From Candidatus Saccharimonadaceae bacterium (GTDB taxonomy: Bacteria; Eisenbacteria; RBG-16-71-46): a stretch of 64,000 bases of DNA. The DNA lies in the NCBI GenBank assembly GCA_035494735.1, contig DATJGS010000011.1:14199-78198 (forward strand). The letters run 5' to 3'. The translations under genes and the position numbers were made by a program. Positions within the stretch are counted from its first letter, which is position 1, and each line of letters starts with the position of its first letter. Shown in pieces: positions 9,305 to 18,400 of this stretch. The notes under the pieces were generated by a model, which worked only from the letters and a program-made list of their open reading frames with translations, had not been told where the DNA came from and did not search any database.

Positions 9305-10324
9305 ATGGCGAAGCTCCGCATCGGAGTGCTGTACGACTTCTGGTGGGACGAAGACGAGACCCGTGAAGGGGCGGCCCGCCCCAAGCGCAAGGCCCCGGAC
9401 GAGGACGTCCAGGAGGTCTACGAAGCGCTCAAGAAGAAGGGGCACAGCCCGGTCTTCCTGAGACTGGACGGCACCCCGACCAGCCTGATCGAGCTGGCCC
9501 AATCCGAGACCGACCTCGTGTTCAACCTGGTCGAATCCTTTGGCGGCAACGATAGCTGCGACTCGAACGTGGCCGCCTACCTCGAGCTGCTGGGCCGGCG
9601 CTTCACCGGCACCGGGGCGCACGGGCTGTTCCTGGCCCAGGAGAAGGCCCTGGCCAAGAAAATCTTCGCGTTCCATGGGATCCACACCCCGTACTTCGCG
9701 ACGGTGTACCGCGGGCGCACCGACCACGCCCACGACATCCAGTTCCCGGTCATCGTGAAGCCGGCCCGCGAAGACGGATCGATCGGAATCCAGTTCGGCG
9801 CGGTGTGCGGCTCGATCAAGGAACTCATGGAGCGCATCGACTACATCCACGCGGAATTCGATACGCCGGCGCTCATCGAGGAATACATCGAAGGGCGCGA
9901 GATCTACGTCGGCGTGCTCGGCAACGAGCGCCCGCTCGCGCTGCCCGTGGTCGAACTCGACCTGTCGCGCCTGCCCGAGGGCACGCCGAAGATCGCCGGC
10001 AGCGAAGTGAAGTGGGAGGAGGACACCGAGGCGTATCGCACGACCCATCCGTTCTTCCCGGACGACCTCGGCGACGATCTGACGGCGCGGCTGCAGAGCG
10101 CGGCGATCCAGGCGTTCCAGGCGCTCGAACTCAGGGACTACGGCCGCATCGATTTCCGCGTCGCGGCCGATGGCACGATCCACGTGCTCGAAGTGAATCC
10201 GAACCCCTACCTGCTTCCGTCCGCGGAGTTCTCGATGGCCGCGAAGAAGGCCGGCCGCTCCTACGCCGACCTGATCGGCGAGATCGTCGACCTGTCGCTC
10301 GCTCGGTACGGGAACGAGAGCTAG
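9305..10324 (+). CDS. ATP-grasp enzyme, D-alanine--D-alanine ligase/RimK-like family
   Basis: ORF track 339 aa with ATP-grasp motifs (FPVIVKPAREDGSIGI, EEYIEGREIYVGVLG, IDFRV...VLEVNPNP). Confidence 0.75.
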   Translation: MAKLRIGVLYDFWWDEDETREGAARPKRKAPDEDVQEVYEALKKKGHSPVFLRLDGTPTSLIELAQSETDLVFNLVESFGGNDSCDSNVAAYLELLGRRFTGTGAHGLFLAQEKALAKKIFAFHGIHTPYFATVYRGRTDHAHDIQFPVIVKPAREDGSIGIQFGAVCGSIKELMERIDYIHAEFDTPALIEEYIEGREIYVGVLGNERPLALPVVELDLSRLPEGTPKIAGSEVKWEEDTEAYRTTHPFFPDDLGDDLTARLQSAAIQAFQALELRDYGRIDFRVAADGTIHVLEVNPNPYLLPSAEFSMAAKKAGRSYADLIGEIVDLSLARYGNES

Positions 10325-10333
10325 GAGGCGGCC

Positions 10334-10822
10334 ATGCGCGCCGCACTCGCGCTGCTCACGCTGCTGCTGACCGCGACGCCCGCGTTCGCGATCACGCCGC
10401 TCTGGACCACGATCACCCCCGACCAGGAAGGCTCGACGACGGGCGGGGACGCGATCGGCCAGGGCACGTTCACGCTGAACGACGCGCGCACCGAGCTGCA
10501 CTACCACATCGTCTTCAACGGGCTCACGTCGAACCTGCTGGGCGCCCACATCCACTACGGCGCCGAGGGCGCTCCCGGACCGATCTGGTTCTTCCTGTCG
10601 GCGGGAGGCGGCACGTCGGGCACGTTCGACGGAGCGTGGACGACGGCCTCGACACCCTACGCCCTGACGCCGGATCGGGTGGACGCCCTGCTCGCGGGCC
10701 TGCTCTACGTGAACATCCACTCGGCGAACTATCCGTCCGGCGAAATTCGCGGCCAGATCCTGATGGGTCCGACGCCGACTCGCGCCAGCACGTGGGGACG
10801 CATCAAGCGGCTGTACCGCTAG
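10334..10822 (+). CDS. secreted CHRD domain protein (paralog 1)
   Basis: AGGAGG RBS; signal peptide MRAALALLTLLLTATPAFA. CHRD hallmarks present: GQGTFTLNDARTELHY, AHIHYGAEGAPGPI, LYVNIHSANYPSGEIRGQI. Confidence 0.7.
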   Translation: MRAALALLTLLLTATPAFAITPLWTTITPDQEGSTTGGDAIGQGTFTLNDARTELHYHIVFNGLTSNLLGAHIHYGAEGAPGPIWFFLSAGGGTSGTFDGAWTTASTPYALTPDRVDALLAGLLYVNIHSANYPSGEIRGQILMGPTPTRASTWGRIKRLYR

Positions 10823-11043
10823 GCCGGGTGGAGCTGGTGCGAGGCACAGGACGCTCCCTTGCGAGATCCCAATACGAAATCGCCATAGCGGACGATCCGA
10901 TCGGGAAATCTCCGCCCCGCACGACTTTCATTGACGGGTCGCTGGAACCTGGGGGACCATTGACAGCGTCCAGTCCTCGCGCCGCGGGATTCCCGTCTGT
11001 CCTGCGTTGCCGGGAATCGTTCCTTGCCCGCAGGAGGCACCCG

Positions 11044-11544
11044 ATGCCTGCCCGCTGCCTCGCCGTTGCCTTCTTGCTCCTGCTTCTCGCCGCCGTCTCG
11101 CCGGCGATGGCCTCGACCGGGTTCACCGCCACGATCAGCTCCGCGAGCGAAGTCCCGACGAACTCGTCGACCGGCACAGGCGCCGGCACGTTCGTGCTGA
11201 ATGACGCGCACACGCAGCTCACCATCCACATCACGTACACGGGTCTGAGCGCGAACCAGATCGCCGCGCACCTGCACGACGGGCTCCCGGGCTTCAACGG
11301 GCCGATCAAGCTCACGCTGGCCGGCGCGGGCACGACGAGCGCGACGTGGGACCGGGTGTGGTCGTCGACGGACGCGACCGAGCCCCTGACCAGCGCGGTG
11401 GTCGCGGACCTGCTGGCCGGGAAGCTGTACGTCAACATCCACAGCACGACCTACACGGGCGGCGAACTGCGCGGCCAGCTCGTCTCCGACGCGACTCCGA
11501 ACAAGGCGTCGACGTGGGGGCGCATCAAGCACCTCTACCACTAG
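11044..11544 (+). CDS. secreted CHRD domain protein (paralog 2)
   Basis: In-frame ATG inside ORF 9805..11544. Signal peptide MPARCLAVAFLLLLLAAVSPAMA, then the same CHRD hallmarks (AHLHDGLPGFNGPI, LYVNIHSTTYTGGELRGQL). Shares a C-terminal tail with paralog 1. Confidence 0.7.
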   Translation: MPARCLAVAFLLLLLAAVSPAMASTGFTATISSASEVPTNSSTGTGAGTFVLNDAHTQLTIHITYTGLSANQIAAHLHDGLPGFNGPIKLTLAGAGTTSATWDRVWSSTDATEPLTSAVVADLLAGKLYVNIHSTTYTGGELRGQLVSDATPNKASTWGRIKHLYH

Positions 11545-11568
11545 TCGCGATTTCGGCGGACCCTCGGC

Positions 11569-11614
11569 GGCCACGTCGCTCCTCAATGGGCGACGTGGCC
11601 GTTCGTTCGTCGTC
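11569..11614 (+). terminator. rho-independent terminator after the CHRD pair
   Basis: 11-bp inverted repeat GGCCACGTCGC...GCGACGTGGCC followed by GTTCGTTCGTCGTC. Confidence 0.5.
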
Positions 11615-11764
11615 GGCACGTTCCGCGGCGGGCCGCGCTCCGCCGTCCGCCGGCGGCATGCGCGCTTGACGCTGCGCGGGAAGCGCGGCACAGTCGCCGG
11701 CGATCCGTGCCCGACGGCATCCCGTGCCGCGCTTCGACCGGCCGCGCAGCGCGTAGGAGGTCCG

Positions 11765-13369
11765 ATGGTCGGCACCCGACTCGCCCGCAGTCTCGCGCAT
11801 CGGAGGGACCCGTTGCGTCTCGTCTCGCTTGCCGCCCTCGCCCTGCTTCCGCTCGCCGTTCCCGCCGCGCCCGCGCGCGCCCAGACCACGTTGCCCACGG
11901 GATTCTCCGACCAGCTCGTGATCGGCGGCTTCGACTTCCCGGTCGGCATGGCGTTCCTGCCGGACGGGCGGCTGTTCGTGATCGAGCAGAAGAGCGCCGA
12001 GATCCATCTGATCGTGAACGGCGCGCGCGCCGCGACGGACCCCGTGTGCACCGTCGACAACGTGAAGACGACCGGCGAGGAGCAGGGGTTGCTCGGCATC
12101 GCCGTCGATCCGGGCTGGCCGGCGCGGCCCTACGTCTACATCCACTGTGACGAGAACACGCCGACGAACACGATCCGCATCTCGCGCTACACCGTGACCG
12201 GCGACCTCGACTTCACCGGAAACGGCGCCGTGTCGATCGACGTGGCGTCGCGCTACGACCTCATCAACACGCTGCCGGACGTCGCGCTCAATCACAACGG
12301 CGGCACGTTGCGCTTCGGAATCGACGGCAAGCTGTACGACAGCATGGGCGAGGATGCGCAGTCGTGCCTCGCCCAGGACGACAGCACGCTGCACGGCGTC
12401 ATCACCCGACTCGAGGTGAGCAACCTGCCGAGCACGCCGGGCGGTCCCGCGCCGCTCGCGCTGATCACGCCGTCCGACAACCCGCAGGTCGCCGCGCTCA
12501 ACCTGAAGACGCGTCTCATCTACGCGTACGGATTGCGCAACCCGTACCGCTTCCAGATCGACTCGGCGACCGGCGATCTGTTCATCGCCGACGTCGGCAA
12601 CAGTCAGTACGAGGAGATCGACCGGGCCGCGACCGGCGGACTGAACTTCGGCTGGCCGAACTACGAAGGGCCGGCCGTGTTCAACGCCGGCTGCCCCGCG
12701 ACCAACCCGGTCGCGCCGATCTATTCGTTCGACCGTTCGGCGCAGAGCGCGGCCGCGTTCATCGCGGGTCCCGTCTATCACGCACCGCCCGCCGCCGTGA
12801 ACGGCTTTCCACTCGGCTACGCCGGCGACTTCTTCTTCAGCGATTACTACGGCGGCTACCTGCGCCGCCTGCAGGGCAGCGGCTCGACCTGGGCGCTGGC
12901 CGCGCCCGTCGCGGGGCAGCCGAGCGCGACGGACTGGGGCAGCGGCTTCGAGAACGTGAGCGACTACGCGATCGGGCCCGACGGCGCGATCTGGTACGTG
13001 CTGCAGTACGCCGGCAGCGTCCCGGCGCTCGGCGCCGGGCAGATCCGCAAGGTCGTGCCGGCCATGGCTCCGCCGGGCGGTGGCGGCGTGAGCATGACGT
13101 TCGCAGAGCCGTATCCGTCGCCGGCCACCGGCTTCGCGAATCTGTCCTACACGCTGTCGGCCGACGCCGTCGTGCACCTGGTGATCTTCGATCTGACGGG
13201 GCGCGCCGTGCGGCACATCGTGGACGGGCAGGCCCAGACCGCCTCCACGTACCAGCCGACGTGGGACGGCAAGGACGACGATGGTCGCGCGGTCCGCGCC
13301 GGACTGTACGTCGCGCAGTTGCGCGCCGCCGGCAACGAGATCTCGCACCGCGTGATGCTGTTGCGCTGA
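11765..13369 (+). CDS. PQQ-dependent sugar (glucose/sorbosone) dehydrogenase-like beta-propeller with T9SS/FlgD-Ig-like C-terminal sorting domain
   Basis: ATG behind AGGAGG (MVGTRLARSL...), in frame with ORF 11666..13369. GSDH motifs: FDFPVGMAFLPDGRLFVIEQ, EEQGLLGIAVDP, NHNGGTLRFGIDGKLY, YAYGLRNPYRF, LNFGWPNYEG. C-terminal sorting-type tail: ...TFAEPYPSPATGFANLSYTLSADAVVHLVIFDLTGRAVRHIVDG...GLYVAQLRAAGNEISHRVMLLR. Confidence 0.75.
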   Translation: MVGTRLARSLAHRRDPLRLVSLAALALLPLAVPAAPARAQTTLPTGFSDQLVIGGFDFPVGMAFLPDGRLFVIEQKSAEIHLIVNGARAATDPVCTVDNVKTTGEEQGLLGIAVDPGWPARPYVYIHCDENTPTNTIRISRYTVTGDLDFTGNGAVSIDVASRYDLINTLPDVALNHNGGTLRFGIDGKLYDSMGEDAQSCLAQDDSTLHGVITRLEVSNLPSTPGGPAPLALITPSDNPQVAALNLKTRLIYAYGLRNPYRFQIDSATGDLFIADVGNSQYEEIDRAATGGLNFGWPNYEGPAVFNAGCPATNPVAPIYSFDRSAQSAAAFIAGPVYHAPPAAVNGFPLGYAGDFFFSDYYGGYLRRLQGSGSTWALAAPVAGQPSATDWGSGFENVSDYAIGPDGAIWYVLQYAGSVPALGAGQIRKVVPAMAPPGGGGVSMTFAEPYPSPATGFANLSYTLSADAVVHLVIFDLTGRAVRHIVDGQAQTASTYQPTWDGKDDDGRAVRAGLYVAQLRAAGNEISHRVMLLR

Positions 13370-15438
13370 TGCGCCGTCCGCCCGTCCTGGGCGGCGTTCC
13401 CGCCCTCGCCGCACTGCTCGCGCTGGCCGCCGCGCCCGCCGGCGTTCCTTCCGGTCATTCGCCGCGTGCGGCCTCGTCCACCGTTCGAGTGCCGCGCCTC
13501 GTGTTCGTATCGCGTGGCATCCCGCGAGGCGCCGATGCCGGCGTCGTGCCGGGCCTCGGGCCGCGCGGGCGCACGCTCGAGGTCGGCGGCCAGCTGCTCG
13601 TGCGTGAGCGCGATGGCCGCGTCCACGCGCTGATTGTCGGCCCCGCGCCGTTCGACGTCAGCGACCCGGCCGTGTCGTGGGACGCCGGGCGCATCGCGTT
13701 CGCGGGTGTTCCGGCGCGCGACAGTTCGTGGCGCATCTACGTGGTCGCGGCGAACGGCGCCGGCCTGCGCGCGATCACGCATCCGCCACGCGGTGTCGAC
13801 GACTTCGATCCGGTGTGGCTGGCCGACGGTCGCGTGTGCTTCGCGAGCACGCGCCTCGCGGGCCGCGCGGAGCCCGCCGCGGTCGCCGTCTCCCAGCTCT
13901 ACGTCGTCGACGCCGCGGGCGGACCGCCGCGCCGCCTCACGTCCGAGCGCAACGGCGCGGAGGAGCCGGCGATCGATCCGCGCAATGGCCGGATCGTGTA
14001 CGCACGCTGGTGGGCGAACCGCTTCCACGCCTCGAACGTGGGCGAAGACGGCATCACGACGGACTCGTCCCGGGCCGTCGAGTCCGAGGCCGTGGACCTG
14101 TGGCAGGCGGTGAGCATCGCGCCGGACGGCGACGGCGTGCGCCTGGCCGCCGGCGACGCGCGCGACCGTGACGCGACCATGGCGTATCAGCCGTGTGTGA
14201 GCGCACGCGGCGCGATTGCCGGCGTGCGCGCGGCGGATCGGACGCTGCTCGATGGGCGCGGGCCGTTCGGCGTACAGCGTCTCGCATCGCTCGAGCCGCC
14301 GTACGCCGAGGGCACGCGCGCGCTGGCCGGCCTCGGTCGCGACGCCGCGTCGGCGTGCTCGCCCGTGTGGCTGCCCGACGGTCGCGTGCTGTGTTCGCGC
14401 GACGCGCGCGGCGACGGCGACTACGCGCTGTGCGTGATCGACGCACGCGGCGCGCCCGTGCCCGTGCTCGATCGCGCGGGCCGCGCCGAGCTGGACGCCG
14501 CGGTCTTCGAGCCGCGCGTGGCGCCGGCCGCCACCGGCACGGCGCTGCCCCTGCCCGGCGACGCGCTGCCGGGCGACGCGCGCGAGCTGATGTCGGGCGC
14601 GCACACGTTCCGTTTCGACTGCCTCAACGTGTTCGCGAACGGGCCGGTCGACGCGCCGATGCGGGACGCGCCGCCGCCCGCGCGTGGCGTGCGCATCCGC
14701 TTCTTCGCCGCGCTCGGCGATTCGTCCGCGCCCGGCGGTGATCGCGTCGTGCGGGTGCGCGAGGCGGCCGTGGACTCGACGGGCGGCGTTCACGAGACCG
14801 ATCTGCCGGGCGACGTTCCCATGTTCGAGCAACTGGTCGGCGCCGATGGTCGCGTGCTGATGAGCGCCCACGGGCCCGCGCACGTCGCCGGTTTCAACTT
14901 CGCGCGGGCGGGGGGCGGCACGAAGTGCGTCGGCTGCCACGCCGGCCACTCCGCGATTCCCGTGCCCGGGAGCTACGCGAGCGCCGGATGGTTCAACGCG
15001 GCGCCGGCCGCCGTCGCCTACGTGAGCGCCGCCGCCCCCGGCAGCGCCGGCGCGCACGCCCTGTGCGACCGGCGCACGCGCGGCGACGTCGATCGCGTCG
15101 CGTGGATCGCCGACGCCGGGGCGGCGCCCGACTCGCAACCGGCCGCCGTCGCGCGGCTGGCGTGGGGATCGTCCGTTGAAGTGCGCGAGGTGGTTCTCTA
15201 TCCTTTGGAAGCGCACGCGGCCTCGGCGCACGGTGTCGGGCCGCTCGCGGGCGAGGTGGTGCTGCTCGAAAACGGTGTCCCGGCCGGCCGTTTCCAGGTT
15301 CCGGCCGGCTCCGGCTGGCCGATTCGCGTCGCCACCTCGGACCTCCGTGCCGACGCCGTCGAAGTGCGGCTCCGGCGCGGCGCCGGGCGGAAACGCGTCG
15401 CGCTCGCCGAGATCGAGACCATCGCCCGCCTTCCTTGA
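13369..15438 (+). CDS. secreted TolB-like PD40 beta-propeller protein with a single c-type heme-binding motif (CVGCH)
   Basis: The ATG overlaps the upstream TGA (cTGATGc), in frame with ORF 12364..15438. Signal peptide MRRPPVLGGVPALAALLALAAAPAG. PD40-like repeats (VSWDAGRIAFAG..WRIYVVAANGAGLRAIT; DPVWLADGRVCFAS) and GTKCVGCHAGHS. Confidence 0.6.
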   Translation: MRRPPVLGGVPALAALLALAAAPAGVPSGHSPRAASSTVRVPRLVFVSRGIPRGADAGVVPGLGPRGRTLEVGGQLLVRERDGRVHALIVGPAPFDVSDPAVSWDAGRIAFAGVPARDSSWRIYVVAANGAGLRAITHPPRGVDDFDPVWLADGRVCFASTRLAGRAEPAAVAVSQLYVVDAAGGPPRRLTSERNGAEEPAIDPRNGRIVYARWWANRFHASNVGEDGITTDSSRAVESEAVDLWQAVSIAPDGDGVRLAAGDARDRDATMAYQPCVSARGAIAGVRAADRTLLDGRGPFGVQRLASLEPPYAEGTRALAGLGRDAASACSPVWLPDGRVLCSRDARGDGDYALCVIDARGAPVPVLDRAGRAELDAAVFEPRVAPAATGTALPLPGDALPGDARELMSGAHTFRFDCLNVFANGPVDAPMRDAPPPARGVRIRFFAALGDSSAPGGDRVVRVREAAVDSTGGVHETDLPGDVPMFEQLVGADGRVLMSAHGPAHVAGFNFARAGGGTKCVGCHAGHSAIPVPGSYASAGWFNAAPAAVAYVSAAAPGSAGAHALCDRRTRGDVDRVAWIADAGAAPDSQPAAVARLAWGSSVEVREVVLYPLEAHAASAHGVGPLAGEVVLLENGVPAGRFQVPAGSGWPIRVATSDLRADAVEVRLRRGAGRKRVALAEIETIARLP

Positions 15439-15470
15439 GAGAACCGAGAGGCCCCGCCATCGCGGTCCGC

Positions 15471-18400
15471 ATGAGTCGCCCGCCGTTCCGCCCGCCGCTT
15501 CCCGCCGCGCTCGTCGCCTTCGCCGCGCTCGCGTGGCTCGCGTGCGCGCGCCCAGCCGGCGCCCAGGGGCTGAACGCGGCCTGTTCGCGGAACGGACAGG
15601 ACGTGTGGGTGGTCGGGGACAACGGGCTGTTCTTCCACTCGTTCACCTACGGGACGTCGTGGACCACGGGCAATCTCGGGGCGCGGTCGTTGCGCGGCGT
15701 GGCCGCGCGCAACTTCAACGTCGTGGCCGTGGGCGACAGCGGCAAGATCTGGCGCAGCGCGAACGACGGCGGCACGTGGGCGCTCAGCGTGATCGCCGGC
15801 GCGCCCGCGCTGCGCGCGCTGCAGATGCCGACGGACTCCGTGCTGTTCGCGGTCGGGGCCGGGGGCCGCATCCTGCGCAGCCGGAACGGCGGCGTGACGT
15901 GGGCCAGCCTCGTGTCGGGCACCTCCGCCACGCTGAACGCGGTGCGCTTCCGCGACGCGCGCCACGGCTGGGTCGTGGGCGACAACGCGGTCGCGCTCCA
16001 CACCGACGACGGCGGCGACACGTGGCTGCCCGTCGCCGTGCCCACGACGCAACGCCTGCTGTCCGTCGACGTGCTCGGCGCGTACGTGTGGATCACCGGC
16101 TCGGCGAACGTCGCGCTCCAGAGCTTCGACAACGGCGTGCACTGGACGTCGCCCGATCTCGACCTCGAGAGTCGCTCGGACATGAACGCGGTTTCGATCC
16201 AGGCGCCGAACCGCGTGATCCTGTCGGGCGGCGGCGGATTCCTGCGCGTCACCGCCGACAGCGGCGCGACCTGGAGCTGGATGAAGCATCCGCTGCTCGG
16301 CGGCCTGCACGCGCTCGCGTTCTCGCCGGACGGCCAGCACGGCTGGGCGTGCGGGCACAATTCGCTGGCGGTCGAGGCCACGCAGGACAGCGGTGCGACC
16401 TGGAACCTGACGCCGGGCACGACCCAGGGCGGCGCGACCTGGACGCGTACGCTGGCGTTCACGCAGACCGTGGTGGCGCAGCCACGCGGCCGCAGCATCG
16501 CGATCAATCCGCTTGCGCCCGACGTGCTGTTTTCAGGGTTGGGCGGCATCCTGTCGCGGAGCCCGGATCGGGGCTCGACGTGGATCTCGCTCGGCAACGT
16601 CATCAGCGACGGCGCGTACGTTCCGGGGAAGATCCACGCGTTCTACGTCTCGGCACACGACACGTCGCATTGGGTGGTGGCCGCCGCGAACGGAACGACG
16701 AACGATCGCATCCTGATGTCGACCGACCACGGCGCGACCTGGAACACGACGTTCAACGCGTCGTTCAGCGAATACGGCGTGCCCCTCGAGCGCAGTCCCA
16801 ACCATCCCGATACGCTGCTGTTCGCCCCCGAGGACGGGCACGTCTACCGTTCGTTCGACTTCGGCGCGACGTGGGACACGCTCTCGAACCCGGGCTTTCG
16901 CAGCCCGTGCGACATCCAGATTGTGCGCGGCGACGACGACAACGTGTGGGTGGGCGACGGCGTGACCGGCGTCGGCCAGGGCGAGGTGTGGCAGTCGCTC
17001 GACGGCGGGCGCACGTTCACGCGCCGCTTCCCGCAGCCCGCCGACACCCTGACGAACGGCTCGGAAGTGCCGATGATGGCGTCGGCCCGGCACGATCCCC
17101 GTTTCGGGATCGCGACGCACTGGCCGACCGGCGGCATGTCCGCCACGGCCGACAGCGGGCGCACGTGGACGCAACTCGTGAACACGGCCTCGACGTGGGG
17201 CGCCGACATCGCGCACGACGACCCGACGGTGCCCGTGTTCGGCGTGTTCTCGGGTCAGGCCGGCCTGATCAGCACGGACGGCGGCGCGAACTTCAACCTG
17301 TACACGCTGAGCGGCTCCAACTATTCGATCTCCGCGCTCGATCGCAGCACGCTGCTCGCCGAGCAGAGCAACGGGATCTACAAGTTCACGCCGGCGTACT
17401 CGACGCCGGTCAACAACTCGCAGTTCCTCACCCTGGATTCGCCGCGCGGCGGGCAGACGTGGTCGCCCGGCCAGACGCAGCCGATCCTGTGGACCGCGAC
17501 GAGCATCGCGATCGTGCGCGTCGAGGTGCGCACCACGCCGAATGGTCCGTGGAACCCGATCGCCGACGTCGACGGCACGCTCGGCCTGCTGAACTGGGTC
17601 GTGCCCGACACGGCGAGCGCCACCGTCAAGGTGCGCGTACGCGATCTGTGGGATTCGATCCCGCTCGACAGCTCGGACACGAACATCACGATCGCCGCGC
17701 CGCGCCTGGCCGTGAGCCGCACCGCGCTCGACTTCGGCACGCGCGCGGTGGGGAGCGCGACGTCCGACACGTTGCTGCTGCGCAATCCCGGCACCGCGAT
17801 CGTGCACGTCGGCCCGCTCGCCGCGTCGGGGCCGGGCTTCACGAGCGGCCGGACGTCGCTCGCGCTGGGGCCCGGGCAGAGCGACACGCTGGGGCTGACG
17901 TTCCGCCCGGCGCTGCCCATCCACTACGCGTCGACGCTCGCGCTCACGAGCGACGCGCCCGGCGCGCCGGCGGCGGTCGCCCTCGGCGGAGCGGGCGTCG
18001 ACACGCTGCACCTGAAGCTCACGTCGCCGATCGGCGGCGAAGCCTGGCAGGTCGGCTCGACGCGCTGGATCCAGTGGGAGAGCGCGCTCGTCCCGACCGT
18101 GTCGCTCGACTGGCAGAGCGTGCCCGGAACGTGGAGCGCGATCGCGGACAGCGTGCCGGCGGCGGCCGGGCTGTACGGCTGGAGCGTGCCGCCGACGCCG
18201 GGCGCGGCCGCGCGCGTGCGCGTACGCCAGCGCGGCGGCGGCGTCGCGGATTCGAGCGCGGCGCCGTTCTCGATCGTGGCGCCGGGCTTCGCGGCCGCTC
18301 CGGCGATCCTGGATTTCGGCGCGGTCACGGTCGGCACGCAGCGCTTCGACACGCTGCACGTCGCGAACCCCGGCAACGCGCCGCTCATGATCTCGTGGGT

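Noticed and set aside
8006-10720. 904-aa minus-strand ORF (also 6122..8002 -, 6922..8214 +)
   Set aside because: They overlap well-supported genes (YceI, HExxH, ATP-grasp) in other frames or strands, with low-complexity R/G/A-rich translations.
10823-11043. Relatively AT-richer 220-nt spacer between the CHRD paralogs with repeated CATTGAC motifs
   Set aside because: Could hold a promoter or operator for the second CHRD gene, but no convincing -35/-10 pair or palindrome could be defined by eye.
11525-15231. Minus-strand ORFs 11525..13414 and 13147..15231 opposite the GSDH and heme-propeller genes
   Set aside because: Antisense artefacts. The + strand products have signal peptides, PQQ-dehydrogenase motifs and PD40 repeats.
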